Counted from the first letter of the stretch, positions 1 through 9,124 are shown. The stretch is DNA of 64,000 nucleotides from an uncultured Opitutus sp. (GCA_964406745.1 CAYOSX010000001.1:57-64056), one strand, 5' to 3'. Numbers and translations: made by a program. The notes: generated from the sequence alone by a model not told the origin.

Positions 1-528
1 GAGCTCCCGGGCGTGAGCTACGAAGACATTGTGTACGAGGGCTACGGGCCGGGTGGCGTGGCGTTCATTGTCAAAGTCACCACGGACAACAAGAATCGCG
101 CCGCCTCCGACATCCGCAGTCTGTTTACCCGGCACGGCGGCAACCTCGCAGTCACCGGCGCCGTGGCGTTCCAGTTTCTCCATGCCGGCCAGTTCCTGAT
201 CGCGAAGGAGACGGTGGACGAGGATCGGCTCATGGAGGTCGTCCTTGAGGCGGGAGGCGATGACGTCATTTCGACCGACGATGGTCACGAGGTGCGATGC
301 GACGTGCATGCCTTCGACAAGATGCTGCATGCCCTCGAGGATGCGGGCATCAAGACCGAGAGTGCGGAACTCGCCTACATCCCGAACACGACGGTTCCGC
401 TCACGGATGTCTCCCTCGCGAAGTCGGTGGTCTCTCTGCACAACGCGCTCGACGAGCATGACGACGTGCAGGCCGTCTTCTCGAATGAAGAAATGGATGA
501 GGCGATCAGCGCCGCCGTCAACGGGTAG
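1..528 (+). CDS. YebC/PmpR-family transcriptional regulator, 5'-truncated by window edge
   Basis: Reading frame is open from the window edge to the stop at 528. The C-terminal two thirds are typical of the YebC family (EGYGPGGVA.IV...TDNKNR, ...V.SNEEM). Confidence 0.85.
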   Translation, partial: ELPGVSYEDIVYEGYGPGGVAFIVKVTTDNKNRAASDIRSLFTRHGGNLAVTGAVAFQFLHAGQFLIAKETVDEDRLMEVVLEAGGDDVISTDDGHEVRCDVHAFDKMLHALEDAGIKTESAELAYIPNTTVPLTDVSLAKSVVSLHNALDEHDDVQAVFSNEEMDEAISAAVNG

Positions 529-591
529 GTCACGGAGGTTCCCGTCGCCGCGGTCTTGCCATCCGGCGATCATTGAGCACCGGTGATTTCC

Positions 592-1029
592 ATGCGCATC
601 GCTGTCATCGCCGACACCCATGATCGCTTTCCGCCGGGACTGCCTGAGAGGCTCAAGTCGGCGGATGAAATCTGGCATCTGGGAGACGTCTGCAACCCGT
701 CGACGCTGGTGGAGTTCGAGCAACTTGGCCCGCCCCTCCGGGTCGTGTTGGGCAACAATGACTGGCATGCACCCTGGCCACTCGAATTGTCGCTCAAACG
801 CGAGGGCGTGAGCTGTCACCTCGTACACATCCCGCCGCGACGGGCGCCGCGGGGCTGCCGGCTCCTGCTGCATGGGCACACCCATGTGCCCAGGGACGAG
901 GTCGACGTTCACGGCGTGCGCTGGCTGAATCCCGGCTGCATTTCGTACGCGAGCAGGGGAGCTCCGCCCAGCTTTGCCTGGCTTGAGCTGGCGGAGGGGG
1001 CCATCCGTTGGAAAGTCGTTCGCCTCTGA
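592..1029 (+). CDS. YfcE/MJ0936-family metallophosphoesterase
   Basis: MRIAVIADTHD...HLGD...GNND...HGHTH motifs of calcineurin-like phosphoesterases. ATG at 592 preferred over the in-frame GTG at 583. Confidence 0.8.
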   Translation: MRIAVIADTHDRFPPGLPERLKSADEIWHLGDVCNPSTLVEFEQLGPPLRVVLGNNDWHAPWPLELSLKREGVSCHLVHIPPRRAPRGCRLLLHGHTHVPRDEVDVHGVRWLNPGCISYASRGAPPSFAWLELAEGAIRWKVVRL

Positions 1030-1084
1030 CTCAGGCGGGAGACGAAATTGCGAGGGGATTGAGTGGCCGTCCGCTCGACAAGTA

Positions 1085-1843
1085 ATGTCTGACCACCTTC
1101 ACTGCGACGCCAAGGTGAGTGATGCGTTTCAATCCGATCTTTTCAGCGCCGAGGCGCCTTCAAACCTGGGGGCGGGACGGTCCGATGTGCTCTTCGAGCG
1201 GAGCGCGCGCGCGCGGCATTATCGGCTGACGCTGCGGCGGGATGGCACGGCCGTGGCGATCATTCCGTTGCGCGGAAGCGAACGGGAGGCCCGCGCGTTT
1301 GTGGCCCAGCATGCCGAATGGCTTGAACGCGCCCGCGCGCGGCAGTCGCGGCGGCCGCGCGGGGCCGAGGTGTGGACGCCGGGCACCCGGGTGATGTGGC
1401 GCGGCGATCCGGTCGAGATCCGGGTGGCCTCGGATGCGCCCCGCCCGGCGGTCTGCCTGGCGGCGGACGTGTTCCGCGTGGCAGGATTTGACCGTGATCT
1501 CCGGCCCACGCTCGAAGCGCACTTCCTGCGCCTCGCGAAGGTGGAACTGCCGGCCCGCACGTGGGAGCTGGCGGCAGTGACGGGTGTCGCGGTGTCGTCC
1601 GTCACCGTGCGCAACCAGCGCACCCGCTGGGGCTCGTGTTCGACGAACGGCGTGATTTCCCTGAACTGGCGCCTCGTGCAGACGCCGTATTCAGTTCGTG
1701 ATTACATCATTTACCACGAACTCATGCATTTGCGGGAGATGAATCATTCCGGACGATTCTGGGCAAAAGTGGCCGAGGTCTGTCCGGGTTGGGAGGACGC
1801 GGAACGCTGGCTCAAGCTGAACGGCTCCCTGCTGGGGCTTTGA
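1085..1843 (+). CDS. YgjP-like (DUF45/M48-type) metal-dependent hydrolase
   Basis: C-terminal YIIYHELMHLREMNHSGRFW zinc-binding signature (HExxH...H). ATG at 1085 chosen because the ORF-track start at 974 overlaps the upstream gene. Confidence 0.75.
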   Translation: MSDHLHCDAKVSDAFQSDLFSAEAPSNLGAGRSDVLFERSARARHYRLTLRRDGTAVAIIPLRGSEREARAFVAQHAEWLERARARQSRRPRGAEVWTPGTRVMWRGDPVEIRVASDAPRPAVCLAADVFRVAGFDRDLRPTLEAHFLRLAKVELPARTWELAAVTGVAVSSVTVRNQRTRWGSCSTNGVISLNWRLVQTPYSVRDYIIYHELMHLREMNHSGRFWAKVAEVCPGWEDAERWLKLNGSLLGL

Positions 1844-1914
1844 ATCCCACGCATGCGGGTGCCTGCCGGCAAGATTCCGGGCGCGCGGCGGCAACGTTCC
1901 CCGTTGATGCCCGC

Positions 1915-4038
1915 TCAATCCTCTGCCGCGCGTGGATCAAGCGCGTCGCGCACCATGCTCAGCAGCATGTCGACCGAGAACGGCTTCGGCAGGAAGCCGG
2001 CGAGCCCGCGTCCGGCAAAGCGGTCGATGATCGCCTGCTCGTTGAAGCCCGAGGTGAGGATGACGCGAAGCTGCGGGTTGAGCGCACGCATGCGTCGGAG
2101 CGCCTCCTCTCCGTCGAGGCGCGGCATGGTGAGGTCGAGCAGAACGATGGCGTAGCGTTGCGGGTTGAGGCGTACACGATCGACCCCTTCCTGTCCGTCG
2201 ACTGCCTGCTCCACCTCGAAGCCGGCCCTAACAAGGGCGGCGGTGGCGAGCTCGCGGACGGCGCGCTCGTCGTCGACCACCAGGGCGATGCCTTTTCCGG
2301 TCCACGATTTCTTGGACGTGGCCGGCGGAGGAACGGCCGGACTGAGGGGATCGCCGGTCGCGGGCAGAACGATCTTGAAGGTCGAACCCTTGCCGCGATC
2401 GCTGTAGACTTTGATGGCTCCCTTGTGGCCGTGGACGATGCCGAGCACCGCCGCGAGTCCGAGTCCGCGTCCCGTGAATTTCGTGGTGAAGAAGGGCTCG
2501 AAAATGCGGGCCTTGGTTTCTGCGGTCATGCCTTCGCCCGTATCGCTCACCTCGAGCATGAGGTAGTCGCCGGGTTCGAGGTGGTCGGAGAACGCCATGC
2601 TTTGGAGGTACTCCTGGGTGGCGTGCAGGCGTCCGGTCTGCACATTGATGACTCCCGGGTGCTCGCCCAGGGCTTCAGACGCGTTGATGACGAGGTTCAT
2701 CACGATCTGGCGAATCTGGTTGGCGTCTCCTTGGAAGGACGGAAGGCTTGGGGCCAGATGACACTGAAGGTCCGCCTTCTTGCTTACAGAGGCGCGGAGA
2801 AGGGGGACCGTTTCCTCGATCAGGCGGCTGAGATCGAGCGGCTCAACGAGGAATCGACCCTTGCCGGCGTAGGCGAGCAGTTGCTTGCATAATTCAGCCG
2901 CCCGCAAGGAGGCTTGCTCCACGTATCCAAGCGCGAGGTTGGCCTGGTCCTGGGACGGTTGCAGCTCGAGACGGGCAAGGCTGGCGTTGCCGAGGATGCC
3001 GGTGAGCAGATTGTTGAAGTCGTGGGCGATGCCGCCCGCGAGCACGCCGAGGCTTTCGAATTTCTGGGTTTCCTGCATCCGGCGCTCGAGGGCGAGACGG
3101 TCGCGTTCGGCGCGGCGTTGGGCGGAGAGGTCCTGAAACGTCGCGAGGCAGCCGCGGGCCCTGCCGGCCTCATCGCGAAGAGGGACGGCGTTGACGAGCA
3201 GTTCGATGCGCCGCCCGTCGGCGTGAACCACCGTTTCAACGAAGTTGAGCAGAGGCTCGTTCTCCGCGGCCGCGCGCTGCATGGGCAGCTCGTGGGGTTT
3301 CAGGATGCGGCCGCCCTGTTCGACGTGGAAGTGTTGCGGGGCATCATTGCCCGGAGCGGTGAGGGAAACGTTGGCGCCGCGCGAGACATCGAGCATTTCC
3401 GCAAAGGCGCGATTGGTGCGGATGGTCGTGCAATTGGCGTCCTCTGCGATGCCGACTCCGACGGGCAGCAGATCGAAGAGCGCCTGCACCTCGTCGATGC
3501 GTTCGTGCAAGGAGGCGTTGAGGCGGAGGACCTGCGCTTCGGCCTCTTGGCGAGAGCGTACCTCCGCGGTGAGCCGTTCGTTGGCGGCGGTGAGGTCGGC
3601 GGTGCGTTCGCGCACACGATCTTCCAAGGCCGTATTCAACCTTCGAAGGTCCTCCTGGCTTGGGAGGTTGAGGGCCAGGGGGGCGATGCGGACCAACGTG
3701 ATGGCCGTCGCGAGGGAGATCAGCGCGGTGATCGCCTTGGCGCCTCCTGACCACCAATAATGAGGCTGCCAAAGGGACCATACTTCGAGCAGATGGGTTG
3801 TCCCGCATGCGACGATGAAAGCCCCGAACATGAGGAAGACCCCGCGGAAGGGCATATCCCGCCGCTTGCGGACAAAGTGGAGCAGGATCAGCGGAATTGA
3901 ATAGAACGCCAGGCCGATCACCGTGTCAGACACGGCGTGGAGGATGACGAGCCTGCTGTCCCATTCCGAATCACCTTCGGACAATCTGAAGAGACTCGCG
4001 CTGAAGGGACTGAGCCATGTGGGTGACGGCGCCGGCAC
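1915..4038 (-). CDS. Hybrid sensor histidine kinase/response regulator with N-terminal ethylene-binding-domain-like membrane module
   Basis: 707 aa. Three N-terminal TM helices with an ETR1-like FGAFIVACGTTH motif, then a coiled coil and a PAS-like region. HisKA (AHDFNNLL), HATPase (DTGEGM, GRGLGLA) and a C-terminal receiver (VVDDE...LLDLTMP...KPF) follow. GTG start at 4038. Confidence 0.9.
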   Translation of the reverse strand: MPAPSPTWLSPFSASLFRLSEGDSEWDSRLVILHAVSDTVIGLAFYSIPLILLHFVRKRRDMPFRGVFLMFGAFIVACGTTHLLEVWSLWQPHYWWSGGAKAITALISLATAITLVRIAPLALNLPSQEDLRRLNTALEDRVRERTADLTAANERLTAEVRSRQEAEAQVLRLNASLHERIDEVQALFDLLPVGVGIAEDANCTTIRTNRAFAEMLDVSRGANVSLTAPGNDAPQHFHVEQGGRILKPHELPMQRAAAENEPLLNFVETVVHADGRRIELLVNAVPLRDEAGRARGCLATFQDLSAQRRAERDRLALERRMQETQKFESLGVLAGGIAHDFNNLLTGILGNASLARLELQPSQDQANLALGYVEQASLRAAELCKQLLAYAGKGRFLVEPLDLSRLIEETVPLLRASVSKKADLQCHLAPSLPSFQGDANQIRQIVMNLVINASEALGEHPGVINVQTGRLHATQEYLQSMAFSDHLEPGDYLMLEVSDTGEGMTAETKARIFEPFFTTKFTGRGLGLAAVLGIVHGHKGAIKVYSDRGKGSTFKIVLPATGDPLSPAVPPPATSKKSWTGKGIALVVDDERAVRELATAALVRAGFEVEQAVDGQEGVDRVRLNPQRYAIVLLDLTMPRLDGEEALRRMRALNPQLRVILTSGFNEQAIIDRFAGRGLAGFLPKPFSVDMLLSMVRDALDPRAAED

Positions 4039-4195
4039 GATTGGGGGGAGGCTAGTGGTGACGTCGACCTTGGCAAACGAACTGCGCGGAATTCTCGCGA
4101 ATTCGCCCGTCGTTCACCGGATCGGTAAAGTCACTCGTGTAGCTGGCGAACAACTACCCAAATGGTTCGGGTAAAACGGACCTGATTCTCCAAGC

Positions 4196-4726
4196 TTAGC
4201 GGAAGTCGACCAACTCCACATCGAAGACGAGGGTCGCCTTCGGCGGGATTTTGCCGCGAATCCCTTTTTCACCGTAAGCCAGCCAGTAGGGGATGATCAG
4301 CGTTCGCTTCTCGCCTTTCTTCATGGTGAGAAAGGCTTCGTCCCATCCGGCGATCACCTTGCCTGCACCCACTTGAAAATTGAGCGGACCGTTCCCTTCG
4401 TCGTGACTGCTGTCGAACGGCACGCCGTCGATGAACCAAGAGTCGTAGTGGGCAGTGACCCATTGTCCGCGTGAAGGAGTCTCCTCGCCGGATCCCGCCT
4501 CACGAACGACGTACCTCATCCCGCGCGGTGTTTCGCGCGCGCCCGGATACTTCTTGGCGATCAGCATCAGGTCGCGATCTGGCCAAAGGTGAACCCCGAG
4601 TGCCTCGCGCATGGCACTGTTGATCGGGAGGCCAGGATCCTTCCGCGCGTAGGCGCCGGAGCGAACCACAAAGGCGAGGGTGATCAACGCCACTCCAAGG
4701 AACGCGAGGACGAAAAAGTTGCGCAT
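4196..4726 (-). CDS. FKBP-type peptidyl-prolyl cis-trans isomerase, N-terminally membrane-anchored or exported
   Basis: Hydrophobic N-terminus followed by an FKBP domain (FDSS...PL.F.VG.G.VI.GWDE....M..GEKR.L.IP..LAYG...IPP.A.L.F.VEL). Confidence 0.9.
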   Translation of the reverse strand: MRNFFVLAFLGVALITLAFVVRSGAYARKDPGLPINSAMREALGVHLWPDRDLMLIAKKYPGARETPRGMRYVVREAGSGEETPSRGQWVTAHYDSWFIDGVPFDSSHDEGNGPLNFQVGAGKVIAGWDEAFLTMKKGEKRTLIIPYWLAYGEKGIRGKIPPKATLVFDVELVDFR

Positions 4727-4762
4727 GGTGGTAAGGTTGGTCGAGGCGGCCCGTGAAACAGG

Positions 4763-5089
4763 TCAGAGGAACGAGCAGATGTACTCGCAGATGCCCGAGG
4801 TGACTTCGATCGTGAACCCGCTCTTTCCGGGCACGTCGAAATGCGATCCAGCTGCGTATTCCAGCGTGGCGTTCTGCTCATCGATGGTAACCCGGCAGGA
4901 TCCAGAAATGATTTCCATGCGCTCAGGCGCGGCAGTGCCGAAATGGTAGGTGCCGGGATAGATCAGACCGAGGGTTTTCTTGGCACCGTCGGGCAGGTGC
5001 AGCGTATGGGAGACGACGCGACCGTCGAAGTAGATGTTGGCCTTCGTCGCAACAGTGACTCCGGCAAATTGGGTTGGGAGAGGTGCCAT
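4763..5089 (-). CDS. ppnP: Pyrimidine/purine nucleoside phosphorylase PpnP (DUF1255)
   Basis: ~100-aa cupin-like protein with YFDG.V.S...G.Y.F.T..PE.M.IISG...V pattern of the PpnP/YaiE family. Confidence 0.8.
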   Translation of the reverse strand: MAPLPTQFAGVTVATKANIYFDGRVVSHTLHLPDGAKKTLGLIYPGTYHFGTAAPERMEIISGSCRVTIDEQNATLEYAAGSHFDVPGKSGFTIEVTSGICEYICSFL

Positions 5090-5200
5090 GCAGTCAAGGG
5101 GACGAGCGTAGCCGCAGAGTCAAGCGCAGGGGCCGGACCTCCGGAGCGCGTGCCTGGGTTGCGTCGATGACGCCACCCATTCGCGGACAACCGAGACCGG

Positions 5201-8200
5201 TCAGGGGATGCGCAAGGACGTGCCGACGACGAGCACGTTGGGATTGGCGATGACCTCGCGGTTCGCCTCGAGGATCTCCATCCATCGATTGGCGGTGCCA
5301 TAATAACGCCGGGAAATGGCGCTAAGCGAATCACCTGAAGCGACCGTGTGGGTGCGCGGTCCCGAGGCTTCCGTCGGCGCGGGAGGAGGCAGGGTCTCTG
5401 CAGGTTGAGGCGCCGGCGAGGTGGTCGCCAGTGCGGCTGACGGCGTTCCGGGGCGGGTCGGCGCACCCAACGAAGAAGCGGGCGAAGGTCCCGACACTGT
5501 CAGCCGCGTCCGAAGTTGCTGGACCTGGGCGGCCAGAACGGAGGACTGCGCCTGGGTCTGGCGAAGTTGCTCGCGCAGCAGGGCGACTTCACCCGACGAG
5601 TCCGAAGCCGAGCTGCGGGTCGAATCCAGCTCCTGTTGAGCCGCGGCAAGGGCCTGGGCGCGCGATTCGGCCAGTTCACTGGCCGAGGCGAGTTGGGAGC
5701 GAAGGTTTTCAATTTCCTCACGGGAGGAGGATTCGCTGGCGGCCTGCGGGCGAAGCGATTCGAGTTCGGCGCGGGCCTGCTCGAGCGCGGCGGCGGCGTT
5801 CTCGCGCTCCGAATTGACGGCGGTCAGTGCCGTCTGGAGGCGTCCGATCTCGGACTCGCGGACGGTGTAGGCGCGGAGACTGGTGGCCAGGCGGCCTTGC
5901 GTATCCGCAAGTTGAGTACGAAGGGATTCAAGGTCGGTGGAGGAGGCATCCGTTGCGGGCGCCGGTTGGGAGCGTGCGGATTCCAACTGGCTCCGCGATT
6001 CCTCGAGCTGGCGCGCAAGGGCGTCACGCTCCGCGGTCACACTGGCGAGTTCTGAACGCAGTCCGGACATATCCGGTGCAGCCTGAACCTGGCTGGCGGA
6101 TTGCCGCACCTGTTCGAGCTCCCGGTTGACAGCGGCCAGCTCCCGCTGGCGTTGATTGGCCTGGTCTTCGGCGGCCTGCAACCGGCTGGACAAACCTGCG
6201 ACCTGGCGGGTGAGGCGATCGCGCTCATCGGCGATGGAGGAAGTTTGGTTTTTCAGGCGTGAAAATTCCGCCTCCTGCGTCCGTGCCGCGGTGAGGGCGC
6301 TCTCGGCCTGCTGCTGCGTACGCTCCAGCTCGCGCATGGCCTGCTGGACGGAAGCATTCTGCTGTTGGAGTTCGGCACGTTCGGCGCGGAGGCGCTCCGC
6401 GCTGGCGCGTGCGGCGTCGAGTTCCGTCTTGCCAGCGGAGATCTCCGCAGCGAGGCGGTCACGCTCCTCGCGAAGCTTGGCCAGTTCGCTCTGCGAGGAG
6501 GACGTGGCCGCCTGACGGGCCTCGGCGACGGCTTGCGTCAGTCGGTTGCGTTCGTTCTCCGAATTACCGAGGGCTGTCCGGAGTTCACTGACCTCGTTGT
6601 CCTTTTGCGCGGACTTTTGGCGAAGGTCGGCCATCTGCTGGTTCAGCGAGGCAACCTGTTCGCGCAGTGCGGTGGTGGCGGCGGCTTCGGAAGGGGCATT
6701 TGCGCGCGCGGTGGCGAGTGCTTCGCGGGCTTCCTGCAAGGACCGTTCGAGGGCGTCGCGTTCGGAGGTCAGGCGGCTGGACGTGTCGTTGGCGGCGGTG
6801 AGTTGGTTGCGAAGGTCGGTGGCTTCGCGTGTGGCTGCGGCGAGTTGCCGGGCGGCGTCTCCCGCGGATGCAGCGCCAGCCCTGGCTTGGGCGAGTTCGT
6901 TTTCGAGCGTGGAGACCCGTTGTTCGGCGGCGGCGAGCTGGCTGCGGACGTTCCCCAGCATTTCGGCTTGGCTGGCGGACGCCTCGATTTGCTGGCGCAA
7001 CGTGGCGGCCTCCGCTTCGAGGCGGGCAAGCGAGCTGCGGGTGTCGGTGAGCTCGCGTGAGCTGGTCGCGGCGAGATTGCGGGTTGTGGTCAGTTCCGCG
7101 CGGGCCTGGTCCAGCTGGCTTTGCACCTGTGCGAGGGAGGTGGCGCCGGAGCCTGCGGCCTGTCGGGCGTCTTGCAGGGCCGCCTGCGATTCAGCCAGGA
7201 GACGCGTCTGTTCGGCGAGGCGCTGCTCGAGGGATGCGAATTCGGTGGAGGCGTCGCGTGCCGAGGCGCGGAGGCTGGCCAATTCCTCAGTGGATCGACG
7301 GGCGGCCTCGGCCGCTTCCGCTGCGCGCGTATCGGCGGCTTCGCGTGCCGTGTTGGCTTGGGCAATTGCGTCGCGCGCGGAGGCGACCTCTCCGGCGAGA
7401 GCCTCGGCTCGGGCCCGTTCCTGTTCGATTGTGGCCAGTAAGGATTCGACATTGGCGGCGTTCGAGCGGGACTGGGACTGAGACGCTAAGGACTGGGCGG
7501 TGCGCAAACGGTCCACCTCGGCTTGCGCGCTGAGGGCGGCATCGCGCCATTGGCTGACCTGGCCCTGCAACGGTGCCAGTTCGGAAGCGTTGGCGGATAC
7601 GCGGGCCACCTCCTCGCGGGCTTCCTGCAATTGACGAGCGAGAGAGTCGCGTTCGGCCTGCGACCGGAGGAGGGAGTCGCGCAGGGCCTCGGCCTGCGTC
7701 GAGGCCTCGTTTACGCGGTTCTGCACGGCTTCCAGTTCGGCGCGGGCCCGGGCGAGTTCGGCCTGGGCATCAATGGTCGGCTTGGGTGCGTTTCCGTCGC
7801 CGACGTTGATGGTGGGGACCGCGCTGGAGGCAGGGGCGGCGTCAGCGGGAGAAGGAACCGGGGAGACGATCGGGGCCGGCCGGACGATGGATGCCGGCCG
7901 TGGCCGCATGAAGACATTGGGACGTCGCTCATCGAGCCGGCGTTTACCTTCCGCGAGTTCCGCGGGCGTCAGCTGTTCGACCAGCGTGGCGAGCGCGCGG
8001 CCCGTGGTGCCGTTCTCGGCGGCGATCATCAACCAAACGTAGGCCTCAAGCTTGTCGTGGACGGCTTCGCGGGGATCGGCGTAGATCAAGCCAAGGTTAT
8101 ATTGGGCGACAAAGTTGCCGTCCTCCGCTTTCTGTCGGAGCGAGGCAACTTCGTCTGCGGATGCCGCCGGCAGCGAAGAGGAGCCAATCCCTGCGAGAAG

Positions 8201-8254
8201 TCCGGCAAAGAAAAGAAGGGTCGTGACAGCGGATCGGAATCGAGGGGCGTTCAT
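5201..8254 (-). CDS. Exported Sel1-repeat / long coiled-coil / C-terminal LysM protein
   Basis: ATG at 8254 gives the signal peptide MNAPRFRSAVTTLLFFAGLLAG...AASA. A Sel1-like motif (AEDGNFVAQYNLGLIYAD) follows, then ~750 aa of A/E/Q/R/L/S-rich heptad-like sequence and a Pro-rich linker. A LysM domain (HTVASGDSLSAISRRYYG...W..I..AN) closes the protein. The ORF-track start at 8530 is an unsupported extension. Confidence 0.8.
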   Translation of the reverse strand: MNAPRFRSAVTTLLFFAGLLAGIGSSSLPAASADEVASLRQKAEDGNFVAQYNLGLIYADPREAVHDKLEAYVWLMIAAENGTTGRALATLVEQLTPAELAEGKRRLDERRPNVFMRPRPASIVRPAPIVSPVPSPADAAPASSAVPTINVGDGNAPKPTIDAQAELARARAELEAVQNRVNEASTQAEALRDSLLRSQAERDSLARQLQEAREEVARVSANASELAPLQGQVSQWRDAALSAQAEVDRLRTAQSLASQSQSRSNAANVESLLATIEQERARAEALAGEVASARDAIAQANTAREAADTRAAEAAEAARRSTEELASLRASARDASTEFASLEQRLAEQTRLLAESQAALQDARQAAGSGATSLAQVQSQLDQARAELTTTRNLAATSSRELTDTRSSLARLEAEAATLRQQIEASASQAEMLGNVRSQLAAAEQRVSTLENELAQARAGAASAGDAARQLAAATREATDLRNQLTAANDTSSRLTSERDALERSLQEAREALATARANAPSEAAATTALREQVASLNQQMADLRQKSAQKDNEVSELRTALGNSENERNRLTQAVAEARQAATSSSQSELAKLREERDRLAAEISAGKTELDAARASAERLRAERAELQQQNASVQQAMRELERTQQQAESALTAARTQEAEFSRLKNQTSSIADERDRLTRQVAGLSSRLQAAEDQANQRQRELAAVNRELEQVRQSASQVQAAPDMSGLRSELASVTAERDALARQLEESRSQLESARSQPAPATDASSTDLESLRTQLADTQGRLATSLRAYTVRESEIGRLQTALTAVNSERENAAAALEQARAELESLRPQAASESSSREEIENLRSQLASASELAESRAQALAAAQQELDSTRSSASDSSGEVALLREQLRQTQAQSSVLAAQVQQLRTRLTVSGPSPASSLGAPTRPGTPSAALATTSPAPQPAETLPPPAPTEASGPRTHTVASGDSLSAISRRYYGTANRWMEILEANREVIANPNVLVVGTSLRIP

Positions 8255-8396
8255 GGCTGAAATGGTCGGGAGTCTTCGAATGTGCGGGCGGTTTGCAACG
8301 TTGCTCGTCGCAGCGCGGGCGCGGGTGCAAAGTTGGGCAAAAGGTTGAAACCTCGGCAATCCAGCGATGTCCTGTTGAGAGGGAAACTTTGAAACC

Positions 8397-9104
8397 ATGA
8401 AAACGCTCGCGCTCTGTCTTGGACTTGCCGCACTCGCCATCGTTCCTGCCAGCCAGGCGCAGGTATTTCGTCCCGAAACGGTGCGGGGAGCCGTGGTCGG
8501 CGGGATTGTTGGCGCCGTGGTCGGCCACAACGACGGGCGGCATGGTTGGGAAGGCGCGGCGTACGGCGCGGCGGCCGGGGCGTTGATCGGTTCGTTCGTC
8601 GGCGAGTCCCGCGAGCGCCATCTGCCTCCGGTTCCTCGCTACCAGTCGGGCTACTCCCGTACGTATCGTGAACCGCTTTGGCATCGTCACCCGGGATGGG
8701 CTTATGAGCGCCGGGATGACCGTTGGATCCGCCGGCCGTATCGCGGTCCGGTGGGCGTGTATCAATATTATGGTTACGATCGCCATCGCATCCGGACGGA
8801 CCATGCAACCCGGGGGCTGCTGATCGGTGGAGCGCTCGGAGCGATCATCGGGCACAACAATGGCCGCCGGGGCTGGGAAGGCGCGGCGTATGGCGCGGGG
8901 GCCGGCTGGCTGGCGGGTACGCTGGCCGATCGTGCGGGCGCTCGTCGTGAGCAGGAGCATCGTGCGTGGATTGAGGAGGGGTGGGAAAGCGTGCGTCGGG
9001 AATCACCTGCCCAGGCGCAGCCGGCGGTGATTCATCATCATCACTACTACGGCTCGGGCGCCCGCGGCGTGATGGGCGAAGCCAACGGACTTTTCGGCCG
9101 TTGA
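8397..9104 (+). CDS. Exported glycine-zipper repeat protein with His/Tyr-rich C-terminus
   Basis: Signal peptide MKTLALCLGLAALAIVPASQA. Two ~40-aa copies of RG..(V/I)GG..GA..GHN.GR.GWEGAAYGA.AG are separated by an R/Y/H/W-rich spacer. C-terminal HHHHYYG. Confidence 0.7.
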   Translation: MKTLALCLGLAALAIVPASQAQVFRPETVRGAVVGGIVGAVVGHNDGRHGWEGAAYGAAAGALIGSFVGESRERHLPPVPRYQSGYSRTYREPLWHRHPGWAYERRDDRWIRRPYRGPVGVYQYYGYDRHRIRTDHATRGLLIGGALGAIIGHNNGRRGWEGAAYGAGAGWLAGTLADRAGARREQEHRAWIEEGWESVRRESPAQAQPAVIHHHHYYGSGARGVMGEANGLFGR

Positions 9105-9124
9105 ACCGGCGGCGTATCTTTTTC

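Noticed and set aside
4071-4086. TGGCAA-ACGAA-CTGCG on the plus strand, with correct sigma54 GG-N10-GC spacing, in the gap between the FKBP gene and the kinase gene.
   Set aside because: It points into the antisense strand of the FKBP gene, with no plus-strand gene downstream. It is a single occurrence with a weaker -12 element, so it is probably a chance match.
8097-8960. 287-aa minus-strand ORF, and the 5' extension of the coiled-coil ORF up to 8530, overlapping the glycine-zipper gene region.
   Set aside because: The internal ATG at 8254 yields a textbook signal peptide, whereas the extension and the 8097-8960 ORF are Pro/Arg-rich nonsense. The plus-strand glycine-zipper gene, with its signal peptide and internal repeats, explains this region better.
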